Below are positions 11,003 through 24,800 of a stretch of DNA of 64,000 bases, piece after piece. Below the pieces are notes generated by a model, which saw nothing but the letters and a program-made list of their open reading frames with translations, was not told where the DNA came from and did not search any database. Origin of the DNA: Haliotis rufescens (lineage: Eukaryota); assembly GCF_023055435.1 (NCBI RefSeq), contig NW_025964112.1, forward strand, positions 47,058,001 to 47,122,000, given 5' to 3'. The stretch's first letter is position 1. Each line of letters opens with the position of its first letter. Both the position numbers and the translations under genes were made by a program.

Positions 11003-14000
11003 CTCACTGTATCGGTTTAATCAGATAATATAAACAAAACCGGCCCATCATAAGATTTTCTGTTAACGCGACTCGGGTGATAAATATTTAGGTAAGTAGA
11101 AATGAACTCTCTCGCTCAAAGACCAGGGCACATGTATGATAAATTTCAACATCAAAAGAAAAGCCCGATCTCTGGACAAATCGCTTTGCTATTTTTCAAA
11201 TTTTTACGTCGGTAACTAAAGACTGATAGCCTCCATGGCGATAGCAGGTTTTTATGTTGTGTTTGATCGCGCGTCGTCTGTAAGACTAAGCAGTGCTCCC
11301 AGCGTCATTGTGTAGTGTCGTCCTCTGCAACGTTCAGAGATTCGAGGTCCTCAGTAGTGAATTAAGGCAAGACTAATAAATCATTTCTCATTATTTTCCA
11401 CATAATAGAAGGAGTCGGGCCAATGTCCCTGCTTTGTTGATGTTACCAAATATGACGAAATGACACAAAAGAATATTCCAGTCGTCGTTACGTCATAAAC
11501 AAGCGGAACGTCAATTACCACGTTAATACACGAAAAATCAATAAACACAAGTTATCGACCAAAGCTTAGAAAAGGTAGAGAATATCATTAGAGTAGGGAT
11601 TGTAGTTAACAAAAAATGTGCGTTAAGTTCTGAAAATGAATACAAGGAGCTGACAAAATAGAACTAAAGAATGTTTGTAATCTGATTAATTCAACCTCGT
11701 CAGATTTTGGGCTATTATTAGGGGGCAGAGAAGAAATGTTTTACACAAATAATTAAACGGGTAACAAATAATGTAGCAACAAAATACATGTATTTCGACA
11801 CATGTATTCTACAAACCAACATGTCTAAAGCGAGGATGTGCCACATAAGTATGCCATTGCATACTGATACAAGATATATAAATATTCATGTCGTATCGTG
11901 GTCACACGTGCGTTTCATATGGTGTTCGGTTTGAAACAAATTCACAGTTTGTTTGGAAAATGTAAAATATAATTTATTTGACGAACAACACAAATGCCAT
12001 AGTCTAATCCGAGAACCGGCAATAGTATCTTGCACCCTCTCCCAAGAGATTTCCAGTAATGCCTCACAGCTGAAAGACTTTTCTCTTTCGGTTCCATATC
12101 AAATTGGGGATCTTGTCTTTATTGAAAGGATTGAGGCGATATTTGGGCAGTATTTCCCGAAACGACCTAGTACGGACTCCGAATTGACATTTCTTCTCTA
12201 AAGTGATGAATTCGCACCATAAATAATCAGAACGAATAAACATTAAATTTATATTCTTCCCGGGTGAAACATTAAATTGTCAATTGCTAAATCCAAGCCG
12301 AGAAAGGCTTTGAATCATCAGTTTACCAGAATAAAATATTATAAAATGTTATTTGGTATAGTGTGAAATACATTATCTGTTGAAATATAGAACAGGGACC
12401 GGTTTTATCAGTCCAACTTGAAATTACTACAAAACTGATATAACTGCATTAGTCACACTAAAATTCCGTGCATCCTCCAGTTGAGTATTTCTACAACAAA
12501 TAAATAACACATATAATTTGTTGATATTTACAGCTAGCATATATACACGAATAAAGATGATATAATACTTATAATACTACAGAGAGTACTTCAAGTTTTG
12601 TGAAAACTGTTCCATGTCATGAATAAGATCGCTGCATGGTTATATCAAGTGTCCAATTGTACTCCATTTGCACCATTCGTTGCAAAATTATGGGTCTACG
12701 TCTATATAAACAAACCAAATTCTACCAAATGAATTTTATCATCTACTCGCTGTCTGTTAAGACCATAAACATTTTTTTTATGCAACAGTACACTTTATAG
12801 ATTGTTTTACTGTAGACACACTGCTAAATCTCTCAGTAAAGCGAAGGTAAACACAAGGAAGACAATAAAACAATACGTAATTGATGATAAATAAAATCGT
12901 CTTTTCAGATTCAATATGGGAGATAGAGATGAAGCGGTGAGGGGTTAGACTCAATCTACAGTAAACAAACAAGCTACCGGTTCACGACTATTTACGCCGA
13001 GGAGTTCCATAAACTCTAATTTTATTACTTAAGCGGGTGCTAGAACTACCCTCAACATTACTTCTTCATTTCCCTGATGGTTACAAATATCACATACAAA
13101 ATGCATTTTACTACACTGCTGATTATCCGTGCTGTTTTGTGTAAATTCGACGAGGGTTGTTAAAGCCTCTTTCGCAGGCAATCGCGAAGAATATCACAAA
13201 TATAAAATAGAAGTAAAGATTTTACGGCCACAATAAAGCACAAGCTTCCTACCTTGATACATGTGCCCCGTTCTTCCTCAGTCTGTACAGCGTAATGGCC
13301 TATCTGTCGTTTAACGGCCAATTTTAGTAGCCTCTTGGAGTTTAAGATCGCCGGTGATAATCCGAATGAATTTGAATAAAAATAACGCTATTTGCATGCA
13401 TCTGTTTTAGGCTTCCAGTGACCGTTCTAATTTTATTTAGCACGGACAATGGACAATGCTAGACTAAAGAACGACGGATGGTGGTCACGTCTTTACGGAT
13501 CTTTTTGATCCTTACAAAATTCCTCCATTAACCACGTGACGTAGTTCCCATAGATTAAATTAATTCTTTCCCATAGAACATTTGGTTTTCGTAAATCTGT
13601 CGACGAGGTTCGGACACAATTCGGCCTAAGTCTTGAGGTGCTCGACGCGGACAATTTGTAATTGGTCAATGAGGTCCCTAGCTTCCCCCAGCTGGACCCA
13701 CCGGTCACTTAGTCGCTAAAGTAAACAGACAAATGCTGTCATTACTGTGAAATACACGCATATTATCGTTGTACCTTTCATTTTCTGCATAACGCCCCCT
13801 GACTTACGATAGGGGCCGGTGCGTATTTCGCTGTGTCAATTTCAACTCGGGTGATGGACTGTCATGTTAATATCAGCATGGTAGGGGTTGATTCGCTTTA
13901 ATTGCTTACAGAGCGGGAAATGGGATTTTCTCTCAAAAACGTCCCTCTGTCCGTCTGGGTTTAAAAATAAACAATGGCTACCCTTTGGTCTACATTTAGA

Positions 14001-17000
14001 CTTCAAAGGCATAAAATTGCAATATATAGGGGTTCGGGTGACGTGATGTCGTTATTGATAACAGATACTCACGAAACAGTTCACTAGAACACACACACAC
14101 ACCGGTTACTATATAACATTTATAACATGATCGCTCAAAATTGGATTTGTACTTTGCATTAAGGTAAGTGTTGATGCTGTCGATGTCCATCTGATGATAT
14201 ATCCGTTAAAGTAAATTGGTCTGAAATAAACACTTGAAATTAACATTGATCACAATTAGTATAAGTCTAAAACTTAATACATTCATATGTAGATCTACTT
14301 TACTGATGTGAAACCATTTCAAAGTTTTAAAGTATTTTAATATTTTCAATCATGATTAATCTTATTATTTGAATGGTTTATTGGTATATAAATTCGTTAA
14401 TATTTACAATTTAAAATCATTTGTTTTTGGTCAATTCTGAGTTTTGTCCAGTGAACATAAAGATCATATTAGCGTAACTGTATTCTGTATGTAGATAAAT
14501 CTTGTATGTTTACATGGTTTGTTTAACGAAAGGAATCTGGGTATCTGTAATGAAGTTTAACCAAAATTAAATAAATTAAACCTGTGTTTGTCGTGGTTGA
14601 CTTCCATAATCATAATCCCTGAAAAACCAAAATATAACGCTTACTTACAATTTATAATCAGTAGGTTTGAAAATTATTTGTACAATAATGGCATTTTAAG
14701 TTCATTTGAGATTTTCATCATAAAATATGCACACATTGTGTTTTCTATTTTTCTTTTTAATCTAATTTATTTGTGTTTTGAAATAATACTGATAAAGTCA
14801 GATTATGGTTAAGGTGTTATCGATTTCTTTTTAAATTTTTCAAGCCGGGATGGAGTTTAATGCGATTCAATGGCGATAATATTAACAATTTAAACACTCT
14901 GTAACAAAGGTTGAAGGTTAGTGTATTAAATTTTCGGGCGTGTCCGGATATTTTGGTGTGTCACAAGTAAATTGTATGTGATGTGACCCCCGTTTACGGA
15001 CCTATAGAGATGTTGAATTGATATGCGTCATATAATTCATTTGCCACGAGAATATCAATACCAAACAAACTAAAATTAATCGACGGGTGAACTCCTTAGA
15101 ATTAATTCACGATTAACAATTGAAATAATTAGCTTCGAATGTTATCCCGGGTGGACTACTTAGGCAGAATGAATATTTACTTCTTTTTTATTTCTATGGG
15201 CGACCGTGAAAACAGCTTTATTTATAACCATGTGCGTAATTTCGCCAACGGATGGATATAAACCTGTACAATTTCCAACAATCCCGTCGCGTCTCAAAGG
15301 GGAATTTTATTGTTTAAGGCGGGGAAGGGATGTATTTGTCGGGCCAACTTCTAAACCTATACTCTCCCCGTATTCTAGTCATACTAAAATTTGCATGCAA
15401 ATATGGTCGTTTTACGATTCTCCATGCCTGGGCCTTGGAGCGATCACCCTTCAATATCTTTTATAGACACTAAGCATGGGCATTCCCACTGTTGAGCTCA
15501 CGAGGGATAAATACGGCTGATCCTGTGGATTAAAGCATTTGGTAGATGGGCCACTAATCCACAGTTTGCAGTAAGTTATAATGCGCTAATCTCTCTCATC
15601 AACAGGGGAAATATTTGTTTACAAAACGTACGAAGCGATAGCCTTCGATCGAGGCGGGAGGAGCGGAGAGACGAGTTAGGCAGATAGCGAGGCTTGCCGG
15701 CGAAAATAGGTCGACAGTTCGGCATAATCTGTTAGGCTACCTCAGTCGACTTGTAACACTGCATTCTGGCGATCGCTGTCGCGATATGAAGGGAAATATT
15801 GATTTTTCGATGGATGTACAGCTTAAAGATGGTTACGTTTTATTAACAATCTATATTTATGATCTTAGAAGCCTCGCATGGGGCTCAGGCTTAAGGTAGG
15901 ATAGTATAGCGTTGTGAACTGCGCATAGATTGGTTCTTATCGGCCGTTATAACAAGATGCTGCAAATATTTCAATTACATTCTACAAAATGAGTGGTCCT
16001 GAATTGTGATTCGATAAATTTTGAGTAGATTTAATTTATGATATGAACTTTCACTTTTATAATTACAGTTTATGTTGATAGTTTGTCTCCAGTCACATGT
16101 TTAATAGACAATTAGTTTGTCTTATTTGATTTTGAAATGCGATTTAGGGCTTTACCGTATTATATTTAGATAATCTATTTTACATTAATGACCACCACGG
16201 ATCAACGGATTACCTATCCAGATTTAATATCTTTAAAATAATATGGTTTTGCTATGTTTTGCCAAACAAATACTTATTTATTTGTCAAAATCCTTTGGAT
16301 TGCTCAACCTTATCTACCTTAAAGTATTCAAATATTTATCTTGTTTTGTTGCAATTCAGATTTTGTTTTGCGTATTGTTAATCTGGATATTGCTGTATGA
16401 TTGAAATAATTCATATTTAGAATTATCTTACAGATACGATATCGTTTATGTGGATTTGGTGTGATTGTAGTTTGCTGAATTATCGAATGTTTTGATACCT
16501 TGCTTTTATGAATATCATTTTAAGTTTCTATTTGTCCATAAAATCGTTCTGAATTTCCTTGGAATTTGCGTTTGTTTAGATTTACTTTCGTAAGTCATAA
16601 TTAGATAATAATTCCACCGATTTTACAATAAAAGATATATAATTGATTTCTGCATTTTGATAGAGCATATTTTACTGCATATATTGATAATATATGGGTC
16701 ATATAACTTAGATAAGACACATATTTTATATAAGCCATGAAACGTGGGAAATACACGTTGCATTATCGTGATAATAAATATATTATAAATGAATCAAATC
16801 ACTGAACGGCCGAACGATGTGGTCACAGCAGAATCGTCGTCGAAATGGAGCGTGTATTAAAATTAAACAACTTACCCAAGCGTATTTTATTATTATAATT
16901 TTTACGCTTCATATAAATATATGAGTATGATAAATATAACCACCAATTTAATTTAATTTCAATTGTTGTAAATAAATCTGTTCACACTTGAGCGATGAAG

Positions 17001-18805
17001 CATTTTATAGTTCTTCGTTTATGTTTATGTGCGTTTTTTTGCGATTTATATATAGAGATATATATATATGAACTGATTTCACGTGAGCATCAAGAGGGAA
17101 GCGCCATGTATTTGATATTGACTGCTGCGTTTACAACCACTCAAATACAAGCATTAAAATATAATAATTTCAGGTCCCCCATTGTGATTCTATGGATCAA
17201 AATGTAATGGTATGTTTAAAAATTTTACTACTGCTTTATTAAAACTAGTTAGGAATTGTCGTTTCGTAAGCTCATATTGTTGACTTAAAACTTTAAAAAT
17301 ATCGTCTGTGTTTGTAAGCACGTGTGCATTTGTGTAGGTCGTTATTTGAATCTGACTAAAACTAAAGTAAAATATTTTAGTTACGCTACCACCGTACTGG
17401 AATGATATGAAATATAGTCGACATTTTCAAGGATCATTGTGAACAGGACCAGTTTGTGTATTTTCAAACGAAAGGAAACCCATTTTTTGCAGTTTTATAG
17501 CTGAGGCGTAATCTGTGTTCAGAATTTGTTAAGTTGTGTATGTCATTTTTCATTGATTAATAAATACCGAATTATTCGTACATACATTTTAAATATTTTA
17601 ATATTTTCAGCCTATTATAGTTATGTCCATGTACCGTACTTGTTATCTAAATGATATAATTATGACTATGTATGTTTCTGAAATAATTTAATTATTTGCC
17701 AAATTGGTCTTATAAACTTCTTGTAATAAGCAAACACATTCTCTTTTAACCACGTACTGAAAATCCTTCTATAATTCACTGCTGGGAAATCGGTACCATC
17801 TGAATAAAAAAACATGCATGAGAAAAAAGCTCCTAAAAACTGATGCAAAATATTTCTTTATTTTGTTACAACTTCAAAGGGATAGTTGCACAAAAACCCT
17901 TGTTGTTCCTCGCACTCAAGCGAGGAACTGAGAGCCCTCACTCTCTAAAGCCATAAACCTCATGCCCCACACGACGTAGAGGTTTTGAAGACGGGGGTAG
18001 CCGAGATCTTTCTCAGACCAGGAGGCTCTTCTACCGACTGACTGCTTTACATAATGCTCATTGGTGGAAAGAGTCGCATTCCCTTAAATAGGAGGCTTCA
18101 GAAACCTACACTGTCTTTTCGGCCCATTCGTTACCAAGGTAAACCATTACGGGAACTCGAAGAAAGTCAATCAGGCTTTAACGTGTCCTCTGTAATAGAC
18201 TTCGTAAATATGAACTTGGTAGGAGACTCGGGCAAGCATCTGTTTGATTGATGTGTTTTCCAGATATCAGGCTGTTAAAAGTATAAATACATATATGTAA
18301 ATGCGACCACGAGGTATGCTATAGCTGGCCTTATCGAGGGGCAGAATTCATTGATTTGAGGCAAAGCATTGCGATGATCTAACGGCGATTCTTTCACTTG
18401 ATGAGGCGTGCGTGGTTAAGAAGAACAAGATCATGTCTTTTTAACGCTAGGAATAAGGTGTAGAATATTTCTTCCCCTTGTCTGGTTTCCGATTCAGCGT
18501 ATGTCTCTAATGTGTGTACTAGCTGCTCAAGTGAGATAATAATTTAAACCTGATTTTTTCTACTTCGACAAACACGTGATTGTGTTTAAGAGAAACGCAC
18601 GCGATGTATATACATTGATCGAAAAATGAATAAAAATAGAAAATGTCATTACTATAGCAACGGTAAAAATAAGGCATGTAAATCCTCATCAGACTAAGTA
18701 CGAATAATGGTGTCTTGTGTCTTCTAATTAATAGACATATCATAAACATAATATGTTAGACTGAAGCGTAAACAAGAGGTTTCAAGTCCATATTTTACTT
18801 TAAAA

Positions 18806-18898
18806 TGAGCCTTTAAATAACATAAAAACAATACAGTGAGCCTTTAAATAACATAAAAACAATACAGTGAGCTTTTAAATAACATAAAAACAGTACAA
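18806..18898. repeat. Three copies of a 31-bp tandem repeat
   Basis: tgagcctttaaataacataaaaacaatacag at 18806, 18837, 18868. Confidence 0.95.
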
Positions 18899-19110
18899 CA
18901 GTTTGAACATCGAGTTTAGTAAATACTTAATTCTGTTTGAAAGTATGTTATTACAAATATGGCTGACCGCATTTCGTGGTCGATATTATGACGTCATTCA
19001 GAGCGTTTCCTGCATGGCGTCACCGGGTCTGAGAAGAAAACCGGCCGAAGTCTTCAGGAAAAGAAGTAAACTAATATGCGTGTTACAAATGGCAGACACA
19101 AAATATCATA

Positions 19111-19222
19111 CCCATAAATCAGGAGCACAACCAAAGGGAAAAATAAATAACTTTATAATATGCTTCAACACATCGAATCGACAGCCCTAATTTATTTCAT
19201 TTAATGTCAATCATTATGACAG
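19111..19222. promoter_or_regulatory. Candidate Hox/TALE enhancer core
   Basis: TGATTTATGG (minus, 19121-19112), TGATTGACA (minus, 19213-19205), TGACAG 19217-19222. Confidence 0.4.
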
Positions 19223-20936
19223 GTGACATGTAAAAAGTAATTAATTGTACTTCATATGAAATGTGTGTTAGAACCGGATTAATTAACATGTTTTAAGTAT
19301 TTTCCTTTCCAATTGGTATAATATGACATTGTTAAACAAACGTTGATTATTACAATCAGAAATATGTAATGTCACCTTCAGTAACTGCAATGACACTTTT
19401 AATACATCAGTGTACGTCTTTCAATAGTATTCCTACAAAACACAGCTACCTATGCACTTACAAGTATACAAAAAGCTTTAAACGACTATATATGTTAACC
19501 GACCGGAAAGTCGTCTCCAAACTGACCGACAATGGTCCAATGGCAACAATGTACGTCCTAACCTACTTTGGAACATCAGTATAAACTGGTAGCATAGATC
19601 TTCATGTATACAATCCTAACTTACTTAGGTTTGGATGTAGTAGTGATAAACAGTATCTGATTTCAATAGACTGTCCTATGATCTCAGGCTAATTCTAGGT
19701 TTTCACGGTCGTTTTCGAACCCCCTTCTTTAACCCTTGTCCTACATCCGTGGATAACGTCAGTAACGGAATCTGTATGCAACACATTCGCTTTACATATT
19801 ACCTGTATAAGAGATGCTGCCGATGTATATCCGAGTTTTCAGTCACATCGTTGATAGAAAAAAGTGGAATTATATTTAATAGATCATCAGAATGTTTTGG
19901 GTTTGTTTCTTCACAAGCCCGTTTGATAACGCAGACAAATGATTTGGATCACGAATATCTGTTTAAGATTTTATTGCATAAGATTTTGTTTCGTTCTGTT
20001 AACTGTCACAATAGTGTTGGTTGATGTTGAACATACGGAATTTTAACCGAGTTTAAATTAACACGGGGAATAACTAAGTTTTTAAGAACATGGTAAAGGT
20101 ACCTTCGTTCAGAGGTCTCAATATTAAGCATGCAGTTTATTGAACTGTTATGGAGAGTCCGCTTGATCTAACAGATGAGCGTTACGTTACCTGTGAAAGA
20201 CCATTGCATAGGAGCAAACCATTTTATATTCCCACAACGCATGCTAACAGCGCATACAAATTTTGCCATTCCACCAACATAAAATCGGCAAAAAACATTT
20301 CCGTATTCATAAACAAATGTCTGTACATTGAGTTGCATTCTGAGCTCCTTGAGGAGTACCCACCACGTATTTGTAACAGACAAATGTGCTGTAAGTATTA
20401 TGGTAAATATGATTACTGACATACGCAAGACCTAACGTTTGATGCACTACAATAAAATGAAGCAGTTGTCGGAAGCGAATCCACGTAACATTGCGTGCCA
20501 TGTAGTTTACTGTGGGTGAGAAATATGCACCACATATCTCATATGAATGGCCAATTTGATAAAATAATATATCGTTTTTATGACTGCCTGATAGCAGTAT
20601 ATCATAAATAGTTGCTAAAGCTGGGTTTACACGAGGCACGACAATGCATCGTGAGGAAAAAATTATATCAGTTAACACATTTGAAATATACATACGAAAT
20701 CAATACGATTTCCTTTCATTGCGTTGAGTATGTGATTGACAGGCGCTGACATTTACACAAAAACCGTCGCAGAATATTAATCACACCACCATCCCTGTAA
20801 TAAAATAGATATAAATAGAGTATAAATTCAATCTGTGCATCTTTGATATTGTGAGTACCACACGGTGGTGACTAAGAAGAGGAAACTGCTTATATTTGAG
20901 ACAAAATAAAAGTTTCAAGCGTATGTTATGAGGAAT

Positions 20937-21065
20937 NNNNNNNNNNNNNNNNNNNNNNNNNNNNNNNNNNNNNNNNNNNNNNNNNNNNNNNNNNNNNNNN
21001 NNNNNNNNNNNNNNNNNNNNNNNNNNNNNNNNNNNNNNNNNNNNNNNNNNNNNNNNNNNNNNNNN
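20937..21065. other. Assembly gap (N); further gaps at 32644-32797, 49560-49722, 50590-50722, 54653-54817
   Basis: Runs of n. Confidence 1.
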
Positions 21066-21791
21066 CATAAGTATGTAGAAACTATCACACGTGAGTGTGT
21101 GCTAATTAGTCAGTGCAAATGTGATGCTTAAGAGGTTTAGAGTGTTCATTAATTGTATCTATTGTGTAACATATAAAACATGTATTTTTTTATATCTTAG
21201 TAGAAATTACACATATCCTTGGACCAGGTAGGAATTGACGGTTGGATGTTTAATATGATATTATAGTGACCCTATACAATAATATACCACTCTTGTGATT
21301 TCTGCCTGGCTACAATACGAAGGACACGCTTATTCAGCAACCAAAATTGTACAATTCTTCCTGTTAATGCATAAATCTTTATGCCAATATAACGTTTCAT
21401 CTGATCAAGCATAAATTATATCTTGGAGGATAACAGGTTAAAATGTTTCGATTTCTATGCTTTCTTCCTCTGAAACAGTACAAATAGCAACATCGGGCAA
21501 CGTAAAGCTATCATCACAGAAGTGAGATCAACTAAAACGCAAAGGATAATATATCAAGTTCTCTTAAATTATATATAATTTATGAACAAATTCACCTTTG
21601 AGTTAGTTATTTCCACGTGGTTTAAGGATTAATGACTTTTTGTTACATCACAAAACCTTCAAGAATTGAACTTTTGTGAAAAGTAGAAAGAAAAAATGTT
21701 ATTTGATACGATAGGGTGATATTGAAGAGTAATATTCATTCACCATAGGTACATTCAAGTTTTATATTTGACGTGACAGGGGAGGAAGGTA

Positions 21792-21806
21792 GGGTCATCG
21801 TGACCC
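21792..21806. promoter_or_regulatory. Perfect ERE-type IR3 palindrome
   Basis: GGGTCA-TCG-TGACCC in non-repetitive sequence. Confidence 0.3.
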
Positions 21807-24800
21807 ATACAGAAGTGATCAATGTTTGTTTCTTGTTAGATGTTCGTTTCCATGGGAACCAAGAACTGAAGATGAACTATCTATGATAGAATATACGTTG
21901 ATGCCAAGCTGAGTATCTGCGTACGTTAAATGAATATCGTTTTTTGCTTTTGCAAAAAGAACTATTTTGGGTACAAAATAAATAATTATTGAAATGATAT
22001 CTGATTTATCTAGATTATGTTAAGCTCGGTCTTAACATCATGATTACGTAGAAGCACAAACACTGCTATAACGATGTTGATTTTGTTTTCATAATGTTTG
22101 TGATTATGAACGAGTGTGTTTTAATGATTCCATTTAATTCGTTAGATTTTAATTTTTGTAATGCATTAAAGCTGTAAAATAGGTTACAGAGATACAATTT
22201 GCAGCAGTAGAACGGATATGGAATTACATGAGCTATTTCGTTTGAAATTTAGACAATACGTGCGACTCACCCAGGCTTAAATCGTTAACAAAGAGGAGAC
22301 AATGTTATTTCGATATCTGGTAATTTTCTCATGAAATGTTATTCATAAAAGCAAGGTTGAAATAACGTGGACCAATACAATATCGTTATTACTTTTACGG
22401 AAGATGTCTTTTACAGAACTAGGTTCAGACAAAATGTTCGAGAGTTCACACCGAACTGTGAAACAGCAAGAATAACAGTTATTTCGAACGATGCATTGTA
22501 AACAAACGAGGGATTTAAGATTTTTATGCAAATAAGGAATAGGAAAATAAGATAGGATATTGGTGGTTCATGATCCGATTAACATAAAACATGAGCCTTC
22601 TATGAACTTAATATTCATGACGTTCTATACCATTCCTGCCATCGTCACGCACGATGAAAATTATTTTGATAATGTGAACTCTTTCCGGGTAGTTTACGAG
22701 TGTGAATTCAAGTTTAAGCATCGGAAATTACAAGCTGCATCGAAATGAGAATATGCAATAAAACATCTAATCCACATATTGTTTGAAATGAATCTGATGT
22801 AAAAGTAGCAATTGTTCGGCGTCAAGGAGTCGATCTATACCATATAATCATACAACGCTTATTGTGCAGTCATATTCATTAGAAACTGTTTATACGGTGA
22901 ATGAGAATATTCCTATTTAATAAAATTATATAGTAGCATTAATAACACATGGAATTTTTCATTTTATCACAGTGATATATCACTGAAAGTTGTGAAAAAG
23001 TTTGTCGGGACGCATTTGAGTGGGGCATGTTGTAATTGAATTTATCGTCAAAAAAAACATTCTTAAATCAAAGGAGCCACATTTAAACAAACAACGCCCC
23101 GGAAAACTCAACTTTCTCTTGGTTTCCCACAAACAGCAACAACGCAGATGGTACGGAAACCCTCCCAGAGAGCCTCTTTGGACAAATCAGTAGGCCAGTG
23201 TACACACCCTTCCATTTACGTTAATTTCTTTATTTCAAATGTGTGCGTTCGGCGGGTTAAATTACTTGTTTACAAACCTACACTAAACATTCACCTATCT
23301 GTAAAGAATGTTAGAGTCGGCAAAACACCTTGTTTATTATCATCGCACTATCAAGCAAACCGATGACCGGATTCGCATGGTGATAGCCTTGCTTTAGTTT
23401 CGAATTACTCGCTACATTTGACAGCGCGAACTGTAGCACAAAGGGCAACGGTTTGTTTTAAGTATCACTCAAAGTGGCTTTCTCGCCACGTAACGTGTAC
23501 GCTTTCGTAGTCTCCTGGGTATTTACACATCTCCTGTAAACTTATTTGAATATTAATTCCAGAAAGATAACAAATGTTATGCTATAACCGTTTCTTGAAT
23601 CACGTTTTTGAAATTTTGTTGCCACAACTGAGGTAATTTGGTGATGTCTTTGCCCAAATGCACAGCTTGAAAAATAGACACTGAATATATAGCCACTGGA
23701 AGCGTCTTTTTCTTGGTCACTAATTTGATATTTTAGCGGTATAGATTAATATGTACACATTCCACTGAATGTGAATACACAGATGATGCAGCGTGACGTT
23801 CATGTACTGAAATTCAACCAGAAACATATTTAGGCAACATTCTCTAAATCGAATGTAATTTGTCTACAAATATGACTTTACTGATGTTTTACAATGTTTA
23901 TTGATAGATTCGGAAAGCTTGTATGAACACAAATAATTTCCAAGGAAATATAAGTTAAGAATGATAATGCCTTACCAATAACCGTTCTCTACTGGCGTTG
24001 ACAATTTACGTCAAATGTGTGCCTAAAGTAAATTTCTATTTCTTCTACAGAAATGGGACGGGCGCAATTCAGGGAAAGCAGGGAAATTCTGGAAAGCATA
24101 GGGTTTTTCTTACACATGGGGGTAGAGCATTTCACGGCAAGCAAGTTTCGGGCTCATCGTAACGAGTGTGCATTACCATGTTCAAAGCAAGCTAGACGTT
24201 TTTATGTTCTCCTAGCTTTGCGTGTTCGACGAAGCATGGGAATGTTATATTCTGAACCTATATTATCACTTTATGACCGAAACAAAATAAAATGTTTTTT
24301 TCATTGACATCCTCAATGTTTGTTTCTACGATTTGAATATATTAAATTTGGTATCATTTTGCCGAAAACACGAAAATCATTTGATGAATAGAAATTGATT
24401 TATATAAATATAACATTTATTTTATGTTCGTCCTTTTCATTATTCGCATATCTTGAGAAGAGGAAACTATGCTTTTTGTCTTAAAATCATATTAACAGAT
24501 ATCGCGGTATATTTTTCATTTCTTGTTATATGTTTTGTAATGTATATTACTATCATATTATGTTATATTATACTTTCGAAACATATATTTTATTACCATG
24601 TTATTCAATACGTTAATGTTTGTGAATACATTGTGTTTTCTGTTGATCAATTTGTCACATAATGCTATATATTTGTTCACAACATATCTCCTATAGGAAA
24701 TGCAATAAGACAAACACGTTGATGCTTTTTAACTAATATTACTTTAAGATATTCGTAAAGCATATTTTCCAATACTTCTTATTTCAGTACCATGATGCCA

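Noticed and set aside
22965-22985. 16-bp perfect palindrome cagtgatatatcactg
   Set aside because: Isolated; no second copy, TIR or TSD to support a MITE, and no supportable function.
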